Origin: a candidate division WOR-3 bacterium
Lineage (GTDB): Bacteria > Hydrothermota > Hydrothermia > LBFQ01
Direction: 5' to 3'
NCBI GenBank assembly: GCA_027050205.1
Contig: JALUCS010000023.1
Span: 1-17,296 of the forward strand
DNA: 17,296 nt
A program made the translations under genes and the position numbers. The notes beneath the pieces are model-generated. The model had not been told where the DNA came from, did no database searches, and saw only the letters and a program-made list of their open reading frames with translations. This document shows, piece after piece, positions 1 through 8,925 of this stretch (its first letter is position 1; the number at the start of each line of letters is the position of its first letter).

Positions 1-2038
1 CCTCTATACGCCTCGTCCCGGCCGATACGCTCTCCTCCCTGACTATGACAAAGAGGCCTATATCCCCCGTCCTATCAACATGGGTGCCGCCGCAGAGTTC
101 CTTTGAGAAGTCCCCGACGCTTATGACACGGACTATTTCCCCGTACTTCTCCTCAAATATGGCCATAGCCCCCTCTTTGAGGGCCTCCCTGTAGGGTTTG
201 TACTCCTCGCTTACGGGTATGTTCTCCCTTATCTTCTCGTTTACCAGTCTCTCAACCTCCTCAATCTCCTCCTGCGTCAGGGCTACGGGGTGGGAGAAGT
301 CAAACCTCAGCCTCTCCCTCTCCACGAGGGACCCCTGCTGCCTGACGTGAGGGCCGAGGATGGTACGCAAAGAAGCGTGCATAAGGTGGGTGGCGGTGTG
401 CGCCCTTCTGGCCGCCCATCTCTGTTTCTCATCTACGGTCAGGGTGGCCTCATCCCCCACCTTCACCTCACCGGAGATTCTTCCGTAATGCACTATATCC
501 GCCCCCACCCTCTTGGTGTCCTGTACCTCCATCCTCCAACCGTTGCCAGCGATAACGCCGACGTCCCCCACCTGTCCGCCCCCTTCGGGGTAGAATGGGG
601 TCTCGTAGAAGACGAGGGCGTCCTTCTCTTTGAGCTTCCCGACCTTTGCCACCCTGGAGGTGTGCGTCAGTTTGTGGTAGCCGACGAACCTGGAGCCGGT
701 GTAGTCTTCGGCCGTCTCCTTCCACTCCGGCACCAGCATCTTGAACTTCGCCGCCGCCTGCGACCTCTCTCTGGCCTTCTCCATCTCCCTGCGGAAGCCC
801 TCCCAGTCTACGGCGACCCTGTAGGTTGAGGCGTAGTCGTCTATCATGTCCTGCGGTATGCCGTAGGTGTCGTAGAGTTTGAAGGCGACGTCTCCCGGAA
901 GGACTCCGCCCTCTCCGACCTCCTCAAGGGCCTTTATCAGGATGGGGACGGCCTTTCCGAGGGTGTTGAGGAAACGCTCCTCCTCGCTCTTTATAACCTT
1001 CTTCACCACCTCGGCGTTCTCCTCAACTTCGGGGTAGGCCTCCTTCATTATGTCTATAACGACATCCGCAACGCGGTAGAGGACGGGTTCGGCTATGCCG
1101 ATCTTCTGGGCGAACCTGTAGGCCCTCCGGAGGATACGCCGCAGGACGTAGCCCCGGCCGAAGTTGGCGGGGAATATCCCGTCCGCAATTGCAAAGACCA
1201 ACGCCCTCGTGTGGTCGGCTATCACCCTGTGGGGGGCGCCCGTCTCGTAGGAGTACTTTACCCCCGTTATATCCTCTATGAAGTTGATTATGGGCATAAA
1301 GAGGTCGGTCTCGTAGTTGGAGTAGGCCCCCTGAAGGACGGCGGCGATCCTCTCTAAGCCCATCCCCGTGTCTATGTTCTTCTTGGGAAGAGGCTCAAGC
1401 GTACCGTCCGCCCTCCTGTTGTACTGCATAAAGACCAGATTCCACAGCTCAAGCCACCTCTCCCCCTCATCGTAGGGGGTCTTCTGGTTGGGGTCGGACT
1501 CCGGACCGAGGTCGTAGAGTATCTCCGAAGAGGGACCGCAGGGACCCACGTCCCCCATCTCCCAGAAGTTGTCCTTCTTCCCCATCCGGAGAATCCGCTC
1601 CTCCGGTAGCCCCACCTCGTCCCGCCATATGGCGTAGGCCTCGTCATCCTCCTCATAAACCGTAGCCCAGAGCCTCTCCTTCGGCAGCTTATAGACCTCC
1701 GTCAGAAGCTCCCACGCCCACAGTATAGCCTCCCGCTTGAAGTAGTCTCCGAAGGAGAAGTTTCCGAGCATCTCAAAGAAGGTGTGGTGCCTGCGGGTGA
1801 ATCCAACGTTGTCAAGGTCGTTGTGCTTCCCCCCTGCCCTTAGGCACTTCTGGACGGACGTGGCACGGGTGAAGGGTGGGGTGGCCTCGCCGAGGAAGTA
1901 GGGTTTGAACTGGTTCATACCGGCGTTGGTGAAAAGCAAAGTGGGGTCGGGTGGAAGCAGAGGGGAAGAGGGTACTACCGTATGCCCCTTCTCCCTGAAG
2001 AACTCAAGGAACGTCTTGCGGATCTCGGAGGACTTCAC
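1..2038 (-). CDS. alaS: Alanine--tRNA ligase (3' end outside window)
   Basis: Missing from the ORF track because no stop lies in the window. Manual translation from GTG at 2038 gives MKSSEIRKTFLEFF...DPTLLFTNAGMNQFKPYF...HHTFFEMLGNFSFGDYFK...ELWNLVFMQY...IDTGMGLER...GRGYVLRRILRRA, then editing-domain motifs HTATHL and ELCGGTHV. The frame at the start matches the frame at position 1. Confidence 0.98.
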   Translation of the reverse strand, partial: MKSSEIRKTFLEFFREKGHTVVPSSPLLPPDPTLLFTNAGMNQFKPYFLGEATPPFTRATSVQKCLRAGGKHNDLDNVGFTRRHHTFFEMLGNFSFGDYFKREAILWAWELLTEVYKLPKERLWATVYEEDDEAYAIWRDEVGLPEERILRMGKKDNFWEMGDVGPCGPSSEILYDLGPESDPNQKTPYDEGERWLELWNLVFMQYNRRADGTLEPLPKKNIDTGMGLERIAAVLQGAYSNYETDLFMPIINFIEDITGVKYSYETGAPHRVIADHTRALVFAIADGIFPANFGRGYVLRRILRRAYRFAQKIGIAEPVLYRVADVVIDIMKEAYPEVEENAEVVKKVIKSEEERFLNTLGKAVPILIKALEEVGEGGVLPGDVAFKLYDTYGIPQDMIDDYASTYRVAVDWEGFRREMEKARERSQAAAKFKMLVPEWKETAEDYTGSRFVGYHKLTHTSRVAKVGKLKEKDALVFYETPFYPEGGGQVGDVGVIAGNGWRMEVQDTKRVGADIVHYGRISGEVKVGDEATLTVDEKQRWAARRAHTATHLMHASLRTILGPHVRQQGSLVERERLRFDFSHPVALTQEEIEEVERLVNEKIRENIPVSEEYKPYREALKEGAMAIFEEKYGEIVRVISVGDFSKELCGGTHVDRTGDIGLFVIVREESVSAGTRRIE

Positions 2039-2046
2039 GAGAAGGA

Positions 2047-2052
2047 ATTGTA
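2047..2052 (-). promoter_or_regulatory. -10 box (TACAAT) of leaderless-type alaS promoter
   Basis: Minus strand reads ccccctTACAATtccttctcGTG: 8 nt spacer, no SD. Confidence 0.65.
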
Positions 2053-2130
2053 AGGGGGAGGGCTGAACCGGTTGAACGGGGGGTTGGGGGAGGAAGTTTG
2101 TGGTGAGGATGCTGAAGGCGTAGGAGGAAG

Positions 2131-2400
2131 AAAAATGAAATAAATTAATTCAATTATTTCTACAATCAATATAATCTAATTTAACATCTTTAACAGTGTG
2201 AAAGGCTTTCTTGTTAGTTTTATCGACAAAACTCAAGTTAAAGTACTTTCTTTCTTATCTCTGCAATCAATATAATTAAATCTCTTCCCTTCTTCGCTCA
2301 AACCACTCATAAAATAGACATCTACTAAATCTTAAAGTACAGCTTCCAGTTTCCTAAAATCCAATTCCCTAAAGTCTGACTTTCAGTTCTTAAAACGCAG
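2131..2400. other. AT-rich intergenic island (~29% GC)
   Basis: Hand count gives 77 G+C in 270 nt versus ~60% in the flanks. No ORF of 60 aa or more. Confidence 0.85.
2154..2276 (+). repeat. 22-bp imperfect direct repeat, two copies 101 bp apart
   Basis: ttatttctacaatcaatataat (2154-2175) versus ttatctctgcaatcaatataat (2255-2276), 20/22 identical. A second shared motif, ttaaagtac, occurs at 2238-2246 and 2332-2340. Confidence 0.8.
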
Positions 2401-2418
2401 GCGAACCCTCGCAATGCG
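2392..2418 (-). terminator. Putative intrinsic terminator downstream of the transglutaminase-like gene
   Basis: Minus strand cgca-tt-gcga-gggt-tcgc-c-tgcg followed by TTTT, starting 15 nt after the TGA at 2434. Confidence 0.5.
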
Positions 2419-2433
2419 GCATAAAGAAACAGC

Positions 2434-3075
2434 TCACAACCTCCCCCTAACCTCCTCAAGGTACCTCCGGAAGTGTTTCCTTCCGTTCTTGGGGTTGGAC
2501 ATAGCCTTCCTGTAGAGGAGGGGTATCACCTTCCGGACGTACCGCCTATCTATCAGGACCTGCGTTTTATACGTACCCTCGTCCCTGTAGCCAACGCTAT
2601 CGCCGAGGGGGACGAAGTAGGGTTCGCCCTCCAGAACCCTCACCGGTGGGTACTCTATGAGGGATGGGTCAAACTCCACCCACCTCCCGTCTATCTCCAC
2701 CATTATGGCCATATGGACGGGGAAGGGGACGTAGAAGTACGCCCTGTAGCCGTTATCCCGCATAGCCCTTAGAAGGACCTGGGCGAACTCATCGCAGTCG
2801 TACCCCCTCCTTTTGCCGAGGGTCGGAAGCATATCGGGTAGGTAGTACTGCTTTCCCCGATAGGAGTTGTTGGCGTAGTCCCAACGCGTGAGGTCTCCAC
2901 TTGAGAGGAGGAGGAAGATGGCCATCGCCTTGAGGAGACGGGGGTGGTTATAACCCATCACCGTATCCAACCCTCCTATCCGGATGAGGTACTTCACCTC
3001 TCGCTCCTTCGCCTTCAGGACGAGGTTTGCTACGCTGTCTGGAACCTCAAGGAGGGATAGGAGAGCGAGGGGCAT
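2434..3075 (-). CDS. Transglutaminase-like (Cys-His-Asp) domain protein
   Basis: GYDCDEFA, VHMAIMV and WVEFDPS match the order of the transglutaminase-like Cys/His/Asp triad. Short hydrophobic N-terminus and a -10 box directly upstream. Confidence 0.7.
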   Translation of the reverse strand: MPLALLSLLEVPDSVANLVLKAKEREVKYLIRIGGLDTVMGYNHPRLLKAMAIFLLLSSGDLTRWDYANNSYRGKQYYLPDMLPTLGKRRGYDCDEFAQVLLRAMRDNGYRAYFYVPFPVHMAIMVEIDGRWVEFDPSLIEYPPVRVLEGEPYFVPLGDSVGYRDEGTYKTQVLIDRRYVRKVIPLLYRKAMSNPKNGRKHFRRYLEEVRGRL

Positions 3076-3083
3076 AATGGGAA

Positions 3084-3089
3084 ATTGTA
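3084..3089 (-). promoter_or_regulatory. -10 box (TACAAT), leaderless-type
   Basis: Minus strand cccccttTACAATttcccattATG: 8 nt spacer, near-identical context to the alaS promoter. Confidence 0.65.
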
Positions 3090-3112
3090 AAGGGGGACGG
3101 GCGTCTTAGCCG

Positions 3113-4486
3113 TTATCCGGCGCAGCAGCTCATATCCCTTACGTCCCTATCAAAGGAGAGGGCGGCGAGCCTGACTCCCTCGTTGTACGTCAGATAAGGG
3201 AAGAAGAGATCGGTCAGCTCTTCCACCTTCAGACCTCTGGAGATGGATAGTGCGACCACCATCACCACCTCCCCGGCGTTCCGCATGACCGCCCTGATGC
3301 TGAGGACCTTACCCTCCATATCCCTCAACACCTTAACGAACCCCCTGTTGCCGGGTACCACCCCTTCAACCGGGACGTCCTCTGCCGGAAGTACGGCCCT
3401 CTCGTAAGGTATCCTCAGCCTCCTCAACTGCTCCTCCGTGGGCCCCACACCGGCGACCTGCGGATGGGTGAATATCACGAAGGGTACGGCCCGGTAGTCT
3501 ATCTTCATACCCGCCCCTGTGAGGGCGTTGAGGGCCGCCACTTTACCCTCTCGCGCCGCCGTATATACGTACATAGGTCTGCCCTTAACGTCCCCTGCGG
3601 CATAGACGTTGGCAACTCCCGTCTCCATTCTCCCGTTGGCCACCACGAACCCCCTGCCCCGCATCTGCACCCCTATCTCCTCCAGACCCAGTCCGGCGGT
3701 GTTCCCCACCCTCCCGGTGGCAAACAGGATGTGGCTCCCTTCAACCTTCCTGTCCCCATCAAGGATCACCTCCACGTCCCTATCCTTGCCCCTTACGGCA
3801 ACGGGAAAGGCCCCTTTCACTACCTCCACTCCCTCGTCCGATAGGAAGGCCTCAACCTCTCCGGATACGTCTTCGTCCTCGCTGGACAGGGGCCTCCGCC
3901 GGCGGTGTATCAGGACGACCTCGCTCCCCAACCTCCGGAAGGCCTGGGCCATCTCAACCCCCACGTAGCCCCCTCCTATGATCACGAGTTTTTCGGGCAG
4001 TTCCTCAAGGGAGAAAAGGTTTAGGTTGGTAAGGTAGGGTACGGAGTCCAGACCGTCTATATCGGGGACGTAGGGGGAGGATCCCGTGGCCACCAATATA
4101 GCCCCTCCCTCTATCACCTCTCCCCCGACCTCAACCTTCCCTCTGGACAGCACCCTTGCCCTGCCTTCCACGATATCCACGCCGTGTTCCTTCAGCACCC
4201 TAACGTACTTTTCCTCCCTGTGCCTGCTGACCACCCCCTTCAGGCTATCCATAAGGGCGGAGAAGTTATCCAGTTTGGAGGAGACGCTCACCCCCGGAAA
4301 GGATGGGGGACTTAGGGTCTAGGTTGCCTTCAGGAGGTACTTTGAGGGTACGCACCCGACGTTCACACACGTTCCCCCTATCGGCCCGTCGTTTATCACA
4401 ACCACGCTGGCCCCCATACGGGCGGACTCAACGGCCGCCGATGTCCCCGCGGACCCGCCGCCGATTATGATGAGGTCGTACTTCAT
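3113..4486 (-). pseudogene. merA: Mercuric reductase MerA (no N-terminal NmerA/HMA domain) with in-frame TAG at codon 56
   Basis: Track ORFs 4319..4543 and 3113..4291 are in the same frame: [14 protein letters not shown]...[33 protein letters not shown]... Contains the FAD GxGxxG, redox CxxxxC, IIGGGYVGVE, MerA-type FPYLT and C-terminal SCCAG. ATG at 4486 overlaps the upstream TGA (ATGA) and has SD GGAGGTG 5 nt upstream. Family identity is confident; pseudogene status is less so. Confidence 0.8.
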
Positions 4487-5865
4487 CTCAACACCTCCCC
4501 CAAGATTTCGGGTAGGTAGGGCTGGTTGGATATCCCCTTCCACAGGAAGATCACCCTCCCCTCCCCGAAGTACCTCTCCCCCACCACCGTACCGAGGTTT
4601 GCGGCCTCCTTCCGGAGGATGTACCTGACCACATGGGGGTTCTCCAAGGTGCGGAGACGGGTATCCCCAAGGGCGTAGTACCTGTAGCTCCTACCCTTCC
4701 CCTCCACCTCAACCCTTCCGCCCCACTCCCCTTTAAGGTCCGGCCCGAAACCTATTTTGATGCCGAACCTCTCAACCGCCGGCCTGACTTCGCCTCCGTA
4801 AGGCCTGTACAGGGGGTAGGGGCCGCCCGCGAGGAGTAGGGTTCCCCCTCGTTGCACGTACTCCACCAGACGGGGTATCAAGGAAAGATCATAGTACTCC
4901 CCCATATCGTAAGATATGACGTCGCAACCGGTAAAACGGCCGTCCTTAACGTCCCTCGCCACCCCGTAGAAAAGGAGGGAGACGGGGGTAGGGTCCTCGC
5001 CGGTTATGGAGCATAGGTTCAGGTTGGGCCTAAACCTTGGGGGGGTGAAGGTTATCTTACGGGGACGGACCCGCCCCTTGAACTCTTCGGCCATTTTCCG
5101 AGTTAAGACGAGATACCTGAAACCGAAGTTTTTTGAAGGCTCTATGTGGGTCCCCTCCTCCCACTCGTTGAAGGAGGTTATGAGGACGATGTCTGCACCG
5201 GCGTTTATGGCCCTCCTCCACTGTTTTACGTACGTGAGGCCGTCCATCCGGGGTACCCTCCTCTCCGGTGCCTTTCGCAGGTTGAAGCCGGGGGAGACGG
5301 GCAGGGCGCAGAGACCTCCAAAGGCGTGGGCGTAGTCGCACATCTCACGGGCCTCCTCCACCCCCAACCGGAAGATTATGTAGATGTGCATGTTGCCTGC
5401 AGTGAAACCGTTGAGACCGTTGAAGCCGTGGAGGGAGACGTAGGCGCTGTCCAGGACCCCCATAAGCTCCGCCCTCTGCTTCAGGGACATCCGGTCGGTT
5501 ATGCGGCTATATACGAAGATGAGGGGTTTGCCGTTTATCCGCAGGAGGTTCTTCCTATCTCCAAAGACCTTGAGGACTTCCCTTATCCTCTCGGCTGGGT
5601 CGCCGTTCTCTATGTAGAAGGTGTATTTGAGGCCGCACTCCTCAAACACCTCCGTTATCTCTCTCACCCTCTCTATACCCCCGAAACGCTCCTCCTTCCA
5701 GAGGGATACGACGAAGCCGTCTATCCCCCCCTCCTTGGCCCACTCGCAGTGCTTGAGGACGACCCCCCTATTCCGGGAGGAGTACCTGCCTATCAAGGGT
5801 TCGTCCAAAGCGACATCCCACCGTACGTTCGGCTCAAACCACACGTAGTAAAAGGCGAGTACCAT
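4483..5865 (-). CDS. GH99/GH71-like glycoside hydrolase with C-terminal class I glutamine-amidotransferase-like domain
   Basis: [38 protein letters not shown] and [16 protein letters not shown] (GH99-type ExxE motif). C-terminal [16 protein letters not shown]...FGEGRVIFL resembles GATase-like/trimerisation folds. Confidence 0.8.
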   Translation of the reverse strand: MVLAFYYVWFEPNVRWDVALDEPLIGRYSSRNRGVVLKHCEWAKEGGIDGFVVSLWKEERFGGIERVREITEVFEECGLKYTFYIENGDPAERIREVLKVFGDRKNLLRINGKPLIFVYSRITDRMSLKQRAELMGVLDSAYVSLHGFNGLNGFTAGNMHIYIIFRLGVEEAREMCDYAHAFGGLCALPVSPGFNLRKAPERRVPRMDGLTYVKQWRRAINAGADIVLITSFNEWEEGTHIEPSKNFGFRYLVLTRKMAEEFKGRVRPRKITFTPPRFRPNLNLCSITGEDPTPVSLLFYGVARDVKDGRFTGCDVISYDMGEYYDLSLIPRLVEYVQRGGTLLLAGGPYPLYRPYGGEVRPAVERFGIKIGFGPDLKGEWGGRVEVEGKGRSYRYYALGDTRLRTLENPHVVRYILRKEAANLGTVVGERYFGEGRVIFLWKGISNQPYLPEILGEVLR

Positions 5866-5930
5866 CAGGGGCGATTTTAAGCCCGCCTCTCCCCCCGGTG
5901 GTGGGTTCCGCCCTTAGAATTAAAAGTGGT
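5866..5930. promoter_or_regulatory. Compact divergent promoter pair
   Basis: Minus-strand TAAAAT (5874-5879) is 8 nt before ATG 5865. Plus-strand TAGAAT (5915-5920) is 10 nt before ATG 5931. Confidence 0.6.
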
Positions 5931-7691
5931 ATGATGCTCGCTTTTCTAGTCTCCGCCCTTATACCGACGAAGATAACGGACTACAAGAAACCGCTCCCGG
6001 ATGCCTTCGCCTCAAAGTACAGCCCGATGGTGGCCAAGGCCGAAAGGCTGTATTACGCCGGTCAGATAGCGAGGGCGAAGGAGCTGTACGAGGACCTTAT
6101 AAACAACAGCGACGCCCCCGGCAAGCGGTTGGTCGGATACATCGGGAACGGCTGGTGCCTGATACACATGGGCAGGTACTCCGAGGCCATAGATACCTTC
6201 AAGAAGGCCGAGGTCCTTAGCGGTGGCCGCAAGCCAGCCGTCATACCTCTCTATATGGGCCTGGGAATAGCATACTACAACAAGGGACGGTACTTTGACG
6301 CTTACCGCTACTTCTACTCCCTAACACAGTATCCGGAGTATGCGGACGTCTATAGGGACGCCCTCTACTTCGCCGCCCTCTCCGCCTATATGAACGGCTC
6401 CTACGACAAGGTCATATCGCTGGTGGACGAACTTCAGAGGAGGTTCCCCAACAGTAAGCAGGCCAACGACGCCGCCGTACTCAAGGTCTTCGCCTACCGT
6501 AAGAAGGGGGAGCTTTTCAAGGCCATAACGGAGCTGAAGAAGCTCATAGAAAAGGGACATCCCAAAAAACCGAAGTTTGAGATAATCCTCGCCGAGTGGT
6601 ACGCCGAGTACGGGGACTACCCCAAGGCCATCCAGCAGTACGAGAAGGCCCTGGCCGCCTACCCCTTTCTCAAGGACACCATCCTCGCATCCCTTGCGTA
6701 CATAGAAGGGAAGTACGGCGACAACATAGCCACGGACCCCAGGGTGAAGGTCACCAACCCCCTCGTGGGTGAGATCCTCTTCTACAAGCCCGGAATGAAG
6801 GCCTACAAGAGCGGCCATATGACCAAGGCCCAGCAGAGGTTTGAGAGGTTCATCCAGTTCTTCCCCGACGACCCCAGATCCGCCAAGTTGGTGGCCTACC
6901 TCGGCCAGCTCCTCTTCCAGGCCGGAAGCTACGAGAAGGCGAAAGAGAAGTTGGAGTACTACCTCCAGAAGTACCCGGAAGGTGAGGACAGACCGGCCGT
7001 CCTTGAGCTCCTTGGCAAGGTGTATTACAGGCTGAAGGACTACAGGAAGGCGGCCGAGACGTGGGACCAGTTCCTCCGGGAGTACCCCGGCCACAAGGAC
7101 GCCGAGAAGGTGAAGAAGCTCCTTCAGGCTCTCATAGCCGAGAGGCCGGAGGTGGCCAAGTACGTGAAGTCGGAGGTGGGAGCGGAGGCCGTCTTCAACA
7201 AGGCCCTCGCCGCCTACAAGCAGGGGGCTTACCCCAAGGCCCTGAAGCTCTTTGAGGAGTTCATCCAGCTCTTCCCCAACAGCCAGTACACCCCCAAGGC
7301 CACCTTCAACGCCGGCTACATCGCCTACCAGATGAAGGAGTACGATAAGGCTATCCAGCACTTCTCGGAGTACGTACAGAAGTACCCCAACGGTGAGGAC
7401 GCCGAAAACGCCCTCTACCTCCTCGGCCTGGCGCACTTCGCCAAGAAGGACTACGATAACGCCATCACCTACCTCACCCAGTTCGTCCAGACCTACACCG
7501 ACTCCGACAAGCTCGCCGACGCCTACAAGTTCCTTGGCTTCTCCTACTACAAGAAGTACGAGGCTGGGGACGAGACCGCCAAGGCTAACGCCATAACCGC
7601 CTTCCAGAACGCCGCCAAGCTGTACAGGGCGGCGGGTAAGAGCAAAGAGGCGAGCCAGATGGAGCAGTTCGCAAAGCAGTTAGGCGGATAA
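5931..7691 (+). CDS. Tetratricopeptide repeat protein (BamD/YfiO/CpoB-like repeats), probably periplasmic
   Basis: Many TPR units, e.g. FERFIQFFPDDPRSAK, FEEFIQLFPNSQYTPKA, YVQKYPNGEDAENALYLLG. Start moved from GTG 5898 to ATG 5931 on the basis of the -10 box and the hydrophobic N-terminus MMLAFLVSALI. Confidence 0.88.
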   Translation: MMLAFLVSALIPTKITDYKKPLPDAFASKYSPMVAKAERLYYAGQIARAKELYEDLINNSDAPGKRLVGYIGNGWCLIHMGRYSEAIDTFKKAEVLSGGRKPAVIPLYMGLGIAYYNKGRYFDAYRYFYSLTQYPEYADVYRDALYFAALSAYMNGSYDKVISLVDELQRRFPNSKQANDAAVLKVFAYRKKGELFKAITELKKLIEKGHPKKPKFEIILAEWYAEYGDYPKAIQQYEKALAAYPFLKDTILASLAYIEGKYGDNIATDPRVKVTNPLVGEILFYKPGMKAYKSGHMTKAQQRFERFIQFFPDDPRSAKLVAYLGQLLFQAGSYEKAKEKLEYYLQKYPEGEDRPAVLELLGKVYYRLKDYRKAAETWDQFLREYPGHKDAEKVKKLLQALIAERPEVAKYVKSEVGAEAVFNKALAAYKQGAYPKALKLFEEFIQLFPNSQYTPKATFNAGYIAYQMKEYDKAIQHFSEYVQKYPNGEDAENALYLLGLAHFAKKDYDNAITYLTQFVQTYTDSDKLADAYKFLGFSYYKKYEAGDETAKANAITAFQNAAKLYRAAGKSKEASQMEQFAKQLGG

Positions 7692-7692
7692 G

Positions 7693-8925
7693 ATGCTCCT
7701 GCTCTTCGCTTTCATCGGTGAGATAAACTCCATAGCGACGGTGGATATTGACGGGGACGGGAACTACGAGGCCTTCCTCGGTACGTCCAAGGGCCTATAC
7801 CTCCTCAAGGGAGAACCCAGCGCTCCACCGAAGAGGGTTGAAGGCGTAAGCTCCCCCGTCCTCCACATATCCTACTACGACGACGACCACCTCCTCCTGA
7901 CTTTGGACGACATCTTCACCCCCATAACTGTGATGTCCTACGACGGTAAGGAGTTCCGCTCCCTGAAGGTAACGGGTAGGTACTCCAAGGCCTACGCCCT
8001 GAACGGTACGGTCTATCTCCTCTCCGAAAGCGGCCTCTTCTACCTCAAGAACGATTCCCTCCACCTGATTTTGGACGGGGCCAGGGACGCAACGGTGTGC
8101 GGGGTGGGTGGGGAGAGGAGGTTGTTTGCCTCTTCCGACGCCCTCGTCGTGGTCGTTGGACCGGAGGGTACGGACACCATCGGCGTAGGTTCCTCCTACG
8201 TAATATGTGGAGATACGGCCGTATATACGGAGTTCGGAAGCATACTCATCGGTGGGGATAAACCCACCCCATCCTTCAGAGACTTCGCCTACGAACCCCA
8301 CACCCGTATAGACGGCTTAGAGCTGAAGCTCCGCTCCGGAATGTTGAGCGTTAACGGAGGGATAAGGGGCGAGAGTAAGGCCGTCGCCTTCTACCCCTAC
8401 AACGGCAGACTCTACCTCCTCTACGGCAAGTATCACCTGATGGCGTCCCCCCTCTACCTGCCCTACATACGCTCCACCCTCCCCTTCGTCCTTGAGGTGG
8501 GCAAACGTTCCGTTCTGGTGGCCGACCTCAACCTCATAAACTCCACGTCCGTAGGCGTTCTCCCCGTCTCACCCGGTGAGTACAGGGTGTCTGCTGGGGG
8601 GAAGGAGATAACCTTGCAGATAAACCACCCCGGCGAATACGACCTATCCTCACACCTCTCCGGCTCTCCCATATCCGTCTCCTACACCTCAAACGGCGTT
8701 GAGATATACGTGGAACTCCAACGGCCATCGTACGTAGATGTCGTCATCGTCAGCTTCACGGGGAAGGTGGTAAAGCACCTATTCTCCGGCTACAGGCGAG
8801 GCTCCTTCAAGCTCGTATGGGAGGGGGACCTCTCGGGGGGTAAGGTGGCCCGCAGGGGGGTGTACTTCGTCAGGGTCAGGATAAACGGCAGGACTTACAA
8901 TAGACGCTTCGTATGGTTGAGGTAA
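7693..8925 (+). CDS. Putative exported beta-rich protein with an FG-GAP-like motif and C-terminal FlgD Ig-like domain
   Basis: DIDGDGNYEAF near the N-terminus. C-terminus VIVSFTGKVVKHL...LVWEGDLSGGKVARRGVYFVRV is typical of FlgD-Ig/T9SS-like sorting domains. Starts 1 nt after the TPR gene stop. Confidence 0.72.
   Translation: MLLLFAFIGEINSIATVDIDGDGNYEAFLGTSKGLYLLKGEPSAPPKRVEGVSSPVLHISYYDDDHLLLTLDDIFTPITVMSYDGKEFRSLKVTGRYSKAYALNGTVYLLSESGLFYLKNDSLHLILDGARDATVCGVGGERRLFASSDALVVVVGPEGTDTIGVGSSYVICGDTAVYTEFGSILIGGDKPTPSFRDFAYEPHTRIDGLELKLRSGMLSVNGGIRGESKAVAFYPYNGRLYLLYGKYHLMASPLYLPYIRSTLPFVLEVGKRSVLVADLNLINSTSVGVLPVSPGEYRVSAGGKEITLQINHPGEYDLSSHLSGSPISVSYTSNGVEIYVELQRPSYVDVVIVSFTGKVVKHLFSGYRRGSFKLVWEGDLSGGKVARRGVYFVRVRINGRTYNRRFVWLR

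Noticed and set aside
290..1656. ORFs 290..829(+), 468..725(-), 1372..1656(-)
   Set aside because: Antisense or alternative-frame shadows of alaS with no recognisable motifs.
2179..2206. dif-like site (ATTTAACAT resembles the XerD arm)
   Set aside because: The inner TAA/TTA bases and the XerC arm do not match; expected by chance in AT-rich DNA.
2131..2400. CRISPR array or leader
   Set aside because: Only two repeat copies 101 bp apart, no regular repeat-spacer period and no cas genes.
3113..4543. Frameshift or two separate genes at merA; dihydrolipoamide dehydrogenase call; genome-wide TAG recoding
   Set aside because: Both ORFs share one frame. FPYLT and terminal CC indicate MerA rather than Lpd. 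TAG ends two other genes at family-typical positions.
6848..7280. 22-bp near-repeat (6848-6869 vs 7259-7280) inside the TPR gene
   Set aside because: Explained by TPR protein repeats (FIQFFPD/FIQLFPN) and codon bias.
5146..7436. Long antisense ORFs 5146..5880(+) and 6321..7436(-)
   Set aside because: Mirror frames of GC-biased real genes, with implausible composition.
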